Shown here: piece after piece, positions 55,737-64,000 of the stretch
Layout: each line of letters opens with the position of its first letter
Numbering within the stretch: position 1 is the first letter of the stretch
From: a bacterium BMS3Bbin03
GTDB taxonomy: Bacteria > Zhuqueibacterota > JdFR-76 > BMS3Abin05
Reading direction: 5' to 3'
Assembly (NCBI GenBank): GCA_002898015.1
Contig: BDTM01000035.1
Coordinates: forward strand, 42,401-106,400
DNA: 64,000 nt
Made by a program: the position numbers and the translations under genes
The notes under the pieces: model-generated
Databases searched by the model: none
Told to the model about the DNA's origin: nothing
The model's input: only the letters and a program-made list of their open reading frames with translations

Positions 55737-57269
55737 ATGGCCGCTCGAAAATTGCGTTATTTGAAATATATTATTTTTATTTTAGTGGGTGTGATCGTTG
55801 GTGTCTCTTTGACGCTTCGATTGGACCTCACCAATTCCAGCAAGGCGAACGAATTTAAGCCGGCCCTGAAACCGGACTTTCGTTTTGAAGAACCGGCCGC
55901 TAAACCTCCGGCCAACTCCATTGCCCTGAAAAATCTTCAAAATGCTTTTATTGAAATATCGCAGGCGGTAAAGCCGTCTGTTGTGAATATCAACATCACA
56001 AAAAGTGTTTCAATGAAAGACTTGGGGAAGTTCCATGGAAAAAACAAAGATTTTTGGGAATTTTTTAACAAGAAATTTTTTCGCAAGAATCCGCCGAAAC
56101 AATTTCGTCAGGGATATTCGGGATCGGGTATTATTATCGCCAGAGACGGGTACATCTTGACGAATACACACGTGGTTGAAGATGCCGATGAAATCGAAGT
56201 GACGCTTTACGACAAACGCACGTATCCGGCGCAAATTGTCGGACTGGATCCGCTGACTGAAATTGCCGTGGTTAAGATTAAAGCCGACAGCCTGAAGCCG
56301 GCCAGTCTCGGCAATTCCGATAACGTGCAGGTGGGGCAGTGGGTACTCGCTTTTGGGAATCCATTGGAATTAAAATTTACGGTTACCGCCGGCATCGTCA
56401 GTGCGTTGGGACGGCAGATGCGAATTATTCAGGATAATTTCGGAATTGAAAATTTTATTCAAACGGACGCCGTGATTAATCCCGGGAACAGCGGCGGGGC
56501 GCTCGTGAATTTGAACGGACGCGTGATTGGAATCAATACCGCTATTGCGTCAAAAAGCGGTTTTTATGAAGGATATGGATTTGCGATTCCCATCAATCTG
56601 GCAAAAGTCATTGCCCGGGATCTGATCACAACGGGTAAAGTCATTCGTGCCTACCTTGGCATTGCCATGAGTACAGTGGACGAGCTGCGGGCAAAAGCCT
56701 ACGGATTGAAACAGCCGGTGGGCGTTTATGTGGACAATATTTTAGGGGACGGGCCTGCGGGCAAGTCCGGTGTGCGGGAAGAAGACATTATCCTGGCCAT
56801 TAATGGGAAAAAAGTAAATTCTCCCAATCAGATCCAAAATTACGTCGCACTCCATCGTCCGGGTGATAAGGTGACACTTAAACTATATCGGGATCACAAG
56901 ATTCTGAAAATTCCGGTGACTCTGGGTGAGCGGGAAACATCTGTACCCCTTGTCCAGAATGCTCGGAAAAACAAGGAAACCGAAAAACAAAGTTTGGGAT
57001 TGACCGTCCGGAACATGACGAAAAAGGATCGAAAAGAACTCCGGATAAAGCAGAAAAAAGGGGTCATTGTGGATTCGGTCGAGCCGTTCAGCAAAGCGTT
57101 CGATGCCCGGTTTCGTCCGGGATACTTGATTCTGGAAGCAAACCATCAACCGCTGAAAACGAAAAGGAACTTTGAGAAAATTCTCAAGAAGGCAAAGTCC
57201 GGAGATGTCGTTATTTTTCTCGTTCAGGGCGGAAACCAGACGACGCACCTTTTTCTTGAGATTCCCTAA
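55737..57269 (+). CDS. htrA: HtrA/DegP-family periplasmic serine endoprotease (S1C) with PDZ domains
   Basis: There is a signal anchor. The catalytic His is in ILTNTHVV, Asp follows, and the catalytic Ser is in GNSGGALVNLNGRVIGINTAI. Two PDZ-like domains follow. Confidence 0.85.
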   Translation: MAARKLRYLKYIIFILVGVIVGVSLTLRLDLTNSSKANEFKPALKPDFRFEEPAAKPPANSIALKNLQNAFIEISQAVKPSVVNINITKSVSMKDLGKFHGKNKDFWEFFNKKFFRKNPPKQFRQGYSGSGIIIARDGYILTNTHVVEDADEIEVTLYDKRTYPAQIVGLDPLTEIAVVKIKADSLKPASLGNSDNVQVGQWVLAFGNPLELKFTVTAGIVSALGRQMRIIQDNFGIENFIQTDAVINPGNSGGALVNLNGRVIGINTAIASKSGFYEGYGFAIPINLAKVIARDLITTGKVIRAYLGIAMSTVDELRAKAYGLKQPVGVYVDNILGDGPAGKSGVREEDIILAINGKKVNSPNQIQNYVALHRPGDKVTLKLYRDHKILKIPVTLGERETSVPLVQNARKNKETEKQSLGLTVRNMTKKDRKELRIKQKKGVIVDSVEPFSKAFDARFRPGYLILEANHQPLKTKRNFEKILKKAKSGDVVIFLVQGGNQTTHLFLEIP

Positions 57270-57288
57270 TCGGAAGGAATTTGGATTG

Positions 57289-57489
57289 AACTATTTTGAA
57301 AGAATACGATTGAAAGATCGATTTGCGATTCGCGGGACAATCTTCATTGTACTGGGGACAATTGGGCTGTTAGTTGAATTGCTTTTTCGGACCCGGCCGC
57401 AGATTTTTGTCATTCTTTTGTACGGCGGGTTGATCGGTGTGTCGCTGTTGATCATTTTTACCATTACCGACCCGCAGCTTCGTGAATAG
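57289..57489 (+). CDS. Small two-helix membrane protein (about 66 aa); speculative
   Basis: TTG start 9 nt after GGAAGG. It has two hydrophobic helices (IFIVLGTIGLLVELLF and IFVILLYGGLIGVSLLIIFTI). Its stop overlaps the GTG start of the downstream peptidase by 8 nt. Confidence 0.3.
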   Translation, partial: NYFERIRLKDRFAIRGTIFIVLGTIGLLVELLFRTRPQIFVILLYGGLIGVSLLIIFTITDPQLRE

Positions 57490-59494
57490 AAAATTTACAA
57501 TCCTTTTATCGCTTATTTTACTGCTTTGCTGGAAGCAGCCCTTTTTATTTGCTCAGGGGCTTATTTCTGTTTCTTCCCTTGAAAAACCAGTCCGTTCTGC
57601 AAGCCCGGCTATTCCCGGCAATCGCCCTGACGATCGGGCGGGGCGGGGAATTAATATATTAAAATACAGTGTTTATTTGGAACCGTCGTTTCTCACGAAA
57701 TCTCTTTACGGGAAATGCACACTCACTTTTGAAATAACAGATGCCATTCCCGACAGTACGGTTCGTTTAAATCTGGTGAATCTCAAGGTCGATTCCGTGA
57801 CCTCCGGAGATCGATCGTGGGCGTTTTTTCAGAAGGATAGTCTGCTGTTTTTGCAATCGCCAACCGGATTTCAAATCGGAGATACGGTTTCTGTGACGAT
57901 TGTTTATCAAGGCTACCCGACAAACGATTCATTCGGCGGATATTTTGCGACAAAGCGCATTATTTACACGGTGGGTGAGGGCCTGTACACGCAGCCGCCG
58001 TCCATGACGCGCCGGTGGATTCCTTCCGTAGACAGGCCCGATGCTAAGGCACTGCTCAAAATGACGGTCAGGGTTCCGTCCGGAAACATTGTGGGCTCCA
58101 ACGGGCTGCTGGTTAAAGTCATTCACAATTCCGATCAAACCGATGCATTCGTCTGGCAGGAAGATTTTCCGATTGCGCCCTATCTGATGTCCATCGGTAT
58201 CTCAAAGTTTGCACGATTCAACCAGGTTTATGTGAATGCTTCGGGCGATACGCTGCCGATTCAGAATTTTGTTTATCCTGAAGACAGCCTAAAAGCCGTT
58301 GAAGATTTTAAAAATTTACCGGACATGATCCGCTTCTTCTCACAAAAATTTGGACCGTACCCCTTTAAAAAATACGGCATGCTGGAAGCCCCTATGGGAG
58401 GGGCGATGGAGCACCAAACCCTTACCACTCTGAGTAGTTTTCTGATCACAGGCGACCGGCGTTACGAAGGCATCATTGCCCATGAACTGGGACATCAGTG
58501 GTGGGGGGATTGCGTCACGCTGGCCGATTGGGGGGACATCTGGCTCAATGAGGGATTTGCCACCTATTCCGATGCGCTGTACACCGAGCACGCTTACGGT
58601 GAGAAGGCATTTCGCGCCAAGATGGATGGCTTTGCCGCACTTTATTTTCGTGAAGATGACACGGTGGGCCGGTTTCCGATTTATGATCCTCAAAAAATGT
58701 GGGGCGCCACGGTTTATGAAAAAGGGGCCTGGGTGCTGCACATGCTGCGCGGCGTTGTGGGCGATTCCGTTTTTTTTGAGATTATGCGGTCTTACCGGTC
58801 ATCTTTTGAGTACGGCAACGCCACCATCGCAGATTTTCAGCAGGCGGCGGAATCCGTTTCCGGGGAAGATCTGGATTGGTTTTTTCACGAATGGCTTTTT
58901 GAAGCGGGCTATCCGATTTATCAGTTTCGGTGGCAGGCGAAACCCGCCAATCCGGGTGGAACCGAAGTTGTTCTGAACATTCGGCAAATTCAAACCAAGG
59001 CGCCGCTCTTCCGAATGCCGATCCAGTTCGGATTTGATTTTGAAGACACGACTTTTATCAAAACGATCCATGTGAATCAGGATGAGCAAAATTTTCACTT
59101 CACCTTCAATGGAGCTCCCAGTCGAGTTGTTTTTGATCCCAATCAATTTGTACTGAAGAAGCTGTACAATCTTTCCACACTCTATCCGCCGGAGGAATTT
59201 CGGCTCCTGCAAAGTTACCCGAATCCGTTTTATGCGGGTGAATCCTCACAAAAAATAATAATCGTTTTCTGGACGCGCTCAAAATACAGCCAATATTATG
59301 TTCAATTAAAGATTTACAATTCACTGGGGCAAATCGAGCGAATCCTCGTGGACGGAAAAATCCCTCCCGGTTACCACGAACGCACCTGGCGTGCCTGGTC
59401 CGACGAAGGCCGTCCTGTACCTGCCGGCGTCTATTTTTGTGTGTTGACCCAGGGAAACGAAACACAAACCCGTAAAATTGTGGTCGTCCGTTAA
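57482..59494 (+). CDS. M1-family zinc metallopeptidase (aminopeptidase N-like) with a T9SS C-terminal sorting domain
   Basis: It has a signal peptide. The GAMEH exopeptidase motif is present. The zinc site is HELGHQWWGD...WLNEGFATY (HExxH-x18-E). The C-terminal CTD is SYPNPFYAGE...GVYFCVLTQGNETQTRKIVVVR. Confidence 0.8.
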   Translation: MNRKFTILLSLILLLCWKQPFLFAQGLISVSSLEKPVRSASPAIPGNRPDDRAGRGINILKYSVYLEPSFLTKSLYGKCTLTFEITDAIPDSTVRLNLVNLKVDSVTSGDRSWAFFQKDSLLFLQSPTGFQIGDTVSVTIVYQGYPTNDSFGGYFATKRIIYTVGEGLYTQPPSMTRRWIPSVDRPDAKALLKMTVRVPSGNIVGSNGLLVKVIHNSDQTDAFVWQEDFPIAPYLMSIGISKFARFNQVYVNASGDTLPIQNFVYPEDSLKAVEDFKNLPDMIRFFSQKFGPYPFKKYGMLEAPMGGAMEHQTLTTLSSFLITGDRRYEGIIAHELGHQWWGDCVTLADWGDIWLNEGFATYSDALYTEHAYGEKAFRAKMDGFAALYFREDDTVGRFPIYDPQKMWGATVYEKGAWVLHMLRGVVGDSVFFEIMRSYRSSFEYGNATIADFQQAAESVSGEDLDWFFHEWLFEAGYPIYQFRWQAKPANPGGTEVVLNIRQIQTKAPLFRMPIQFGFDFEDTTFIKTIHVNQDEQNFHFTFNGAPSRVVFDPNQFVLKKLYNLSTLYPPEEFRLLQSYPNPFYAGESSQKIIIVFWTRSKYSQYYVQLKIYNSLGQIERILVDGKIPPGYHERTWRAWSDEGRPVPAGVYFCVLTQGNETQTRKIVVVR

Positions 59495-59546
59495 CAATGA
59501 TCCTTTGATGACCCTTTTAATTTTTGGCACCCAGCCGAAGTCCCTT

Positions 59547-59573
59547 CCCGCCGCAGGCCATTGGCGTCAACTT
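59547..59573 (-). repeat. Copy 2 of the extragenic repeat family
   Basis: The reverse complement AAGTTGACGCCAATGGCCTGCGGCGGG starts 53 nt after the peptidase stop codon. Confidence 0.7.
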
Positions 59574-59850
59574 AAATTTGTAATTTGGCGGAATTTTCCT
59601 AAAAACAAAAAACATATCATCCCTACGGGATTTGAAGCGATTTTGGTATCATTGTACTACAAACATTTCGCCCCGCTGGGGCTGTGTTGTAACTCGTTAT
59701 TTATGAATAGCTTGATACCGACCCAATGAAAGCGCCGTTAGGTACGACATGTTATTTTTGTTTTCTGAAGAGCAAGATTAGCCAGGAATACTATAAAATG
59801 CGAAGCAATTATTTATAAATACTGCGTTTACAAAACTCTAAATAGCAATT

Positions 59851-59900
59851 AGGTTGACGCCAATAGCCGCAGGCGGGCGGGAATTGAACACACACCCCTC
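59851..59900 (+). repeat. Copy 3 of the extragenic repeat family (both modules)
   Basis: AGGTTGACGCCAATAGCCGCAGGCGGGCGGGAATTGAACACACACCCCTC is present. Together with copy 2 it forms inverted copies about 300 bp apart. Confidence 0.7.
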
Positions 59901-60227
59901 TTGGCCGAAGGGAAAGCTCTCCGCCCTTAGCAGAGAAACTTCACCGCACAGGTAATAGCCGTCAGCTTAAGCTCGCGGAACACAATCCATTCACTATGAA
60001 AACGTGGTGAATCTTTCTTATTACGCTTGTTTTGTTTTGTCTGTGATGTAACAATTTCTTGCCGGTTTATAAATTTCTTTTCCAGAATATCTAATGAATA
60101 AAAAATTGTGGTTCCTTTTCCCATTCTTCTATTTATCCCTTGATAATGGCGGGAGAATTATTTAATTTAAAAAAATCAAAATGCGTTTCGATTCTGTTAA
60201 AATCTTTTTCACTTATTGGAGTAACTG

Positions 60228-61274
60228 ATGAAAGTATTCTCTGTTCGCTGGATTTTACCGGGATTGCTGCTCATTTCCGGAGGCTGGGGGTGTTCCCAAA
60301 ACAAAGGAGCTAAAGTGGATCATTTATTTCGGGATTACCAGGGTAACCGGCCCGGTGCGGCTGTGATGATCATCAAAGATGGTCATCCCCTTCTGACCAA
60401 AACCTACGGCATGGCCAATCTTGAGAAAAAAATTCCGGTGAGCCCCGCCGCCAATTTTCGTCTGGCCTCCGTAACCAAACAGTTTACGGCCATGAGTATC
60501 CTTATGCTGGTGGAGCGGGGCCGGTTGAGACTTTCCACCACATTGGGTGAGCTTTTTCCGGATTTTCCGGCATACGGCCGAACCATCACGATTGATCAAT
60601 TGCTGCACCACACCTCCGGGCTTCTGGCCTACGAGGACATCATCCCGGACACCGTCAAAAAGCAGGTTAGGGACAGGGATGTGCTGGCGCTCATGATGCG
60701 GCAGGACAGCACCTACTTTCCGTCCGGCACGGCCTACCGCTACAGTAACACCGGCTACGCTGTTCTGGCAATGGTGATTGAAAAGGTTTCAGGCTTGTCC
60801 TATGCGGATTTTGTGCGTCAAAATATTTTTGAGCCTCTGGGAATGACCCAAACCGTGGCTTACGAAAAGGGCATTTCGACGGTGCCCGATCGCGCGTTCG
60901 GATACACAGTGGAAGGCGATTCCATTGCCTTGACGGATCAGAGCACCTACAGCGCCGTATTGGGTGACGGCGGCATTTATTCCTCCATTAACGATTTGTT
61001 CAAATGGGATCAGGCACTCTACGGGAACAGACTTCTTTCCTTTCAAACACAGAATTACGCCTTCACGCCGCAACTGGAGCACTACGGCTGCGGCTGGCGG
61101 ATTGACCGGTACAAGGGGCACCGGCGGATTCATCACACGGGCAGCACCATGGGATTCCGAAACGTCATTCAGCGCTTCCCGGACGATCATTTCACCGTGA
61201 TTATTTTGACCAACCGAAAAGCCCCCGGTGTGGCTCCCCTGGCAGAAAAACTTGTGGACTGGTACCTGCTGTAA
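60228..61274 (+). CDS. Serine hydrolase of the beta-lactamase (class C / PBP-like) family, lipoprotein
   Basis: The lipobox is GGWGC. The SxxK motif is in ASVTKQF, a YSN-like motif is in YRYSNTGY, and HTG stands in for the KTG motif. Confidence 0.7.
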   Translation: MKVFSVRWILPGLLLISGGWGCSQNKGAKVDHLFRDYQGNRPGAAVMIIKDGHPLLTKTYGMANLEKKIPVSPAANFRLASVTKQFTAMSILMLVERGRLRLSTTLGELFPDFPAYGRTITIDQLLHHTSGLLAYEDIIPDTVKKQVRDRDVLALMMRQDSTYFPSGTAYRYSNTGYAVLAMVIEKVSGLSYADFVRQNIFEPLGMTQTVAYEKGISTVPDRAFGYTVEGDSIALTDQSTYSAVLGDGGIYSSINDLFKWDQALYGNRLLSFQTQNYAFTPQLEHYGCGWRIDRYKGHRRIHHTGSTMGFRNVIQRFPDDHFTVIILTNRKAPGVAPLAEKLVDWYLL

Positions 61275-61447
61275 AGCAGGGGGGTGAGCCGCCGAGGTAA
61301 CGGAGATTTGTCTTCGCGATGAACCAAATTTTAATTTACCGGTTCTTATTTTTACCATTAACTTTATTTTAATCCTCCAATCCTTTTAATTCCATAATCC
61401 TGTCCAAATATTTAAAAAATGATAAACAAGATATTCTATCGGATCCA

Positions 61448-61480
61448 GAGGTTGACGCCAATTATCTCAGGCGGATAGGG
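61448..61480 (+). repeat. Copy 4 of the extragenic repeat family
   Basis: GAGGTTGACGCCAATTATCTCAGGCGGATAGGG lies in the convergent intergenic region. Confidence 0.7.
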
Positions 61481-61491
61481 GCGTGTTCTCT

Positions 61492-62376
61492 TTATTGGCG
61501 GCGATATGCCAGACGGAGGCCCTCTTCCACAGTCAAAAGCGGGGTGGTTAGAATGGATTTGGCAAGAGAAATATTCAGAGAGACATCCTGAGGCCGCTGG
61601 GCAGAAGGATTTGGATCAAACATGGATTTCCGAATGAGCAAATCGTCCGAAACCCCCAGGATATTGGCCAAGATTTTTCCAAATGAGTAGCGATCGATTC
61701 TCTGAGATCCTCCAAGGTGCAGGATTCCCCTGAATTCGGAAGAAGCCAGCTCCAAAAGGGCATTGACCAGGTTTTCGACCCAGATGGGTGTGCGAAATTG
61801 ATCGGCGAACAGGGGTGTGGGTTGTTTTTTCTCCCAGGATTGCCGGAGCCACTCTGAAAAGGAATATCGATGGAGCGGCGATTTTCCATACAGGATGGCG
61901 ATCCGCAGGACAACCGCATTCAAACAGGTTTCCAACACGACCCGCTCGGCGGCCGCTTTTGTTCTGGCATAATGGCTGAGCGGATTGACCGGATCTTCTT
62001 CTGAATAATTCCCTTTTTTGCCGTCAAAAACCAGATCGGTTGAAATGTAAATGAACCGGCTTCCAATCTTTTGGGCCTTTTCCGCCAGGAATTTTGTGGC
62101 CTCAACATTCAGTAAACGACAGGCGGAAGGATCGGCTTCACACACATCGACTTGTGTTTGTGCCGCCGTGTGGATGATGACATCCGGGCGGAAATTCTTG
62201 AAAAGGGCCTCGACATCCGGCCCGGAAGTCAGGTCCGCTCGCAAAAGCCTTGAATGCGCCGGATTTTGAGCAGCATGGGCAAAATGGAGGGCTGTTGTTT
62301 CCCACGTTTCGGCGGCTTTCCGGAGAAGCACACTTCCCAGAAAGCCCGAAGCGCCCGTAATAAGGATTTTTTTCAT
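61492..62376 (-). CDS. NAD(P)-dependent reductase, dTDP-4-dehydrorhamnose reductase (RmlD)-like
   Basis: The start was set at the internal Met MKKILITGASGFLGS (GxxGxxG motif). The catalytic YxxxK is YARTK. The size, about 294 aa, is typical of RmlD. The upstream 55 codons of the longer ORF look non-coding. Confidence 0.65.
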   Translation of the reverse strand: MKKILITGASGFLGSVLLRKAAETWETTALHFAHAAQNPAHSRLLRADLTSGPDVEALFKNFRPDVIIHTAAQTQVDVCEADPSACRLLNVEATKFLAEKAQKIGSRFIYISTDLVFDGKKGNYSEEDPVNPLSHYARTKAAAERVVLETCLNAVVLRIAILYGKSPLHRYSFSEWLRQSWEKKQPTPLFADQFRTPIWVENLVNALLELASSEFRGILHLGGSQRIDRYSFGKILANILGVSDDLLIRKSMFDPNPSAQRPQDVSLNISLAKSILTTPLLTVEEGLRLAYRRQ

Positions 62377-62395
62377 TTGCCCGGGCGTGATGAAT

Positions 62396-63151
62396 TTAAA
62401 ATTGCCTTTGAATTTGAATTGCCCACAATTTTCCTTCTGCAGTATTGAAGACGGTTTCAAATTTCCACGGTAAAACACCGGTCTGCAGCTTCTTGTTGTG
62501 CTGCCGTGTGGTCCAGATGGCATCGATGCCGCTGATGACATGGTTCATAAAAACGACGCCCAGAGTAATGACGGCGTTGCGGTAAGCGGTTTCACTTTGA
62601 ATGCGCAATTGATTAAACTTTTTTCGTGATGCCCCGGAATCCCATTCCCACCAGTTTTCTTCCGTCAAAGGGTAGGTGAGGTCGTATCGGCGCAGCCGGC
62701 GCTGGTACTCGTTGTATTCCAGAATATCCTGGTAATAACTGATGTTTGTGACGAACCGTTTGGGTTTGTTTTTAAACAGGGCGCCGGCATGAATCGCTGC
62801 GAATGCCTTGTAATCTTTTGCTTTCATAGCCCCGTACAACTGGAATCCGGCGAGCGCAGCGCCCAGAATTCCCTCGGAAACCCAAAAAGCCCTGGCATGA
62901 TTCTTCGCACCGGCGTTCCACTCGCCCCACCCGGGCAGCAGCAGCGATTGTAAAAAAGCTTTTCCGGGAGGAATTGGTTTGCGGGAGAGTGTAGATTCCT
63001 GTTTAAACAGCAATGGTGAAGAAAGTGTCACAAGCAGGGGTTTCTCAGGGAAAAAAGAGACCGCCTCTGTTTTTTGCGCCAGGAGCAAATGGCCTGTGCC
63101 TCCGGAAAAAGTCAACATCACCAAGATCGAAACGAATTTGTGCATTACCAC
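62396..63151 (-). CDS. Secreted hypothetical protein, paralog A of a tandem pair
   Basis: It has a signal peptide. It shares LLPGWGEWNAG...AF and NHVISGIDAIWT motifs with the adjacent gene, and they overlap by 7 nt. Confidence 0.5.
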   Translation of the reverse strand: MVMHKFVSILVMLTFSGGTGHLLLAQKTEAVSFFPEKPLLVTLSSPLLFKQESTLSRKPIPPGKAFLQSLLLPGWGEWNAGAKNHARAFWVSEGILGAALAGFQLYGAMKAKDYKAFAAIHAGALFKNKPKRFVTNISYYQDILEYNEYQRRLRRYDLTYPLTEENWWEWDSGASRKKFNQLRIQSETAYRNAVITLGVVFMNHVISGIDAIWTTRQHNKKLQTGVLPWKFETVFNTAEGKLWAIQIQRQF

Positions 63152-63936
63152 TCCGTCTTTAACTGCGCCATAAAAACCGGCCGGTTGTTCAAATAAATAT
63201 ATTTCATTTGGACTTTTTGCTTCACTGTTTTATTGAAAACTTTAGCGGTCCAGGCGGCATCCATGGCGCTGATCACATGATTTGCAAGTACGATTGCCGT
63301 CATTGCGGTGGCCACTTTTAGTGCCCGGTTGCTTCGTTCCCGCAATTCCATATAAAACAAACTTTTTTTAGATGTGTCCTGCTTGACGATGTCGGGATCG
63401 GGATTCTTGACATCGTCCCAGCCGGCGTTGAATTCCATGTATTTCCCAATCATCTCGTAATATTGCTGGGTTTTTGTGTTGGGCAATGCGTGGGCAAAAG
63501 TCTGTTTCTGTTCCGCCGGCAGTGCGTTGAACCATTGTAACCACCGTTCTTTGCTCCAATTTTGATCCGCGTAGATTTTAAACTTGTTTTCTAAATTCGC
63601 CCCGTCTTTATGATAGTAAAAATAAGCCGCCCAGCTCCCGATTTCCACACCGGCAAAAAAGGCCGCTTTCCATTTGGATTCTGCGTAAAACTCACCGGCG
63701 CCCGGCAGAATGGCAGAAAACAGAAGCGCCCTTTTGGGCGATTTGCGGATTGCCTTTGGTTGGGCCGGTTTCTGATCATTAAAATTAAGGGCATTTTCCG
63801 CAGACAGTCCCTGACTCTGAAAAGGTTTCCCCCAAAAGCCGGGCCTGAGTACAACGGATTGAGTTGGTTCCTTCGCCCAGACGAATCCCGCCGAAAAAAG
63901 TACAAACAAACCGATTATTCTGAAAATTGACTTCAT
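63145..63936 (-). CDS. Secreted hypothetical protein, paralog B of a tandem pair
   Basis: It has a signal peptide. The motifs ILPGAGEFYAES...AAFFAGVEIG and NHVISAMDAAWT are present. An AGAGGTGATC Shine-Dalgarno site precedes the ATG. Confidence 0.5.
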   Translation of the reverse strand: MKSIFRIIGLFVLFSAGFVWAKEPTQSVVLRPGFWGKPFQSQGLSAENALNFNDQKPAQPKAIRKSPKRALLFSAILPGAGEFYAESKWKAAFFAGVEIGSWAAYFYYHKDGANLENKFKIYADQNWSKERWLQWFNALPAEQKQTFAHALPNTKTQQYYEMIGKYMEFNAGWDDVKNPDPDIVKQDTSKKSLFYMELRERSNRALKVATAMTAIVLANHVISAMDAAWTAKVFNKTVKQKVQMKYIYLNNRPVFMAQLKTEW

Positions 63937-64000
63937 TTTTGATCACCTCTTTACAAGTTTTAAATTGTTATATTCTAATTTTACATCAACTTAATATCGG

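Noticed and set aside
1-64000. Insertion sequences, transposases, integrases or phage genes
   Set aside because: No DDE transposase, recombinase or phage structural motifs were seen in any frame. The window appears free of classical mobile-element genes.

Overview
This 64 kb window is bacterial chromosome, about 45-50% GC, gene-dense, with no rRNA, tRNA, CRISPR array or transposase. The gene content suggests an FCB-superphylum organism outside classical Bacteroidetes. It encodes a type IX secretion system (T9SS) with many cargo C-terminal domains (CTDs), but it also uses strong Shine-Dalgarno sites such as GGGAGGG and AAGGAGGTGA. A branched-polyamine-synthase-like gene hints at a thermophile of the Calditrichaeota/Ignavibacteria type, but that is only a guess.

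Layout along the window:
1. 1-9.9 kb is core housekeeping: a partial penicillin-binding protein 1A transglycosylase domain, an LpxH-like phosphoesterase, and the compact ancient cluster ispE-spoVG-prs-rplY(ctc)-pth. This is followed by rpsF-rpsR-rplI, small membrane and zinc-ribbon proteins, a YbbR-like protein and tsaD.
2. 9.9-16.2 kb holds a vWA-domain membrane protein, a T9SS cargo protein with three lamin-tail-domain repeats, a thioesterase, and a DUF43/BpsA-like gene.
3. 16.2-25.3 kb is a nitrogen-signalling neighbourhood: convergent glnD and glnE, an atypical OmpR-family response regulator behind a sigma54-like promoter, and a fused LeuC/LeuD-type aconitase-family protein.
4. At 25.35 kb a (AATTAGG)x9 simple-sequence repeat sits in a divergent promoter region, next to a hexapeptide acetyltransferase, a QueT-like transporter and a Tat-exported LD-carboxypeptidase.
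5. 28-45 kb is a T9SS island. It has a promoter and a 15-codon leader ORF, a TonB-dependent-receptor-like outer membrane protein, a PorU-like protein and PorV. Three large CTD cargo genes follow, including an S8 subtilase. Their 5' leaders carry repeated AAAGGAGGTGA motifs and overlapping uORFs.
6. 45.7-53.5 kb is a translationally coupled minus-strand operon: radical SAM, GT2, CE4 deacetylase, GT2, a PF03706-like flippase, and a third GT2, with a PHP phosphoesterase next to it. It resembles the hopanoid head-group tailoring module HpnI/J/K/L. I read it as a candidate amino-sugar glycolipid or polysaccharide tailoring system.
7. 54.8-60.2 kb contains htrA, a small membrane ORF and a T9SS-exported M1 aminopeptidase. 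These are flanked by a family of extragenic repeats (GGTTGACGCCAAT...CAGGCGG, four copies) and five GTCCCTACGGGAC palindromes.
8. The 3' end has a beta-lactamase-family lipoprotein, an RmlD-like reductase and two tandem paralogous secreted proteins.
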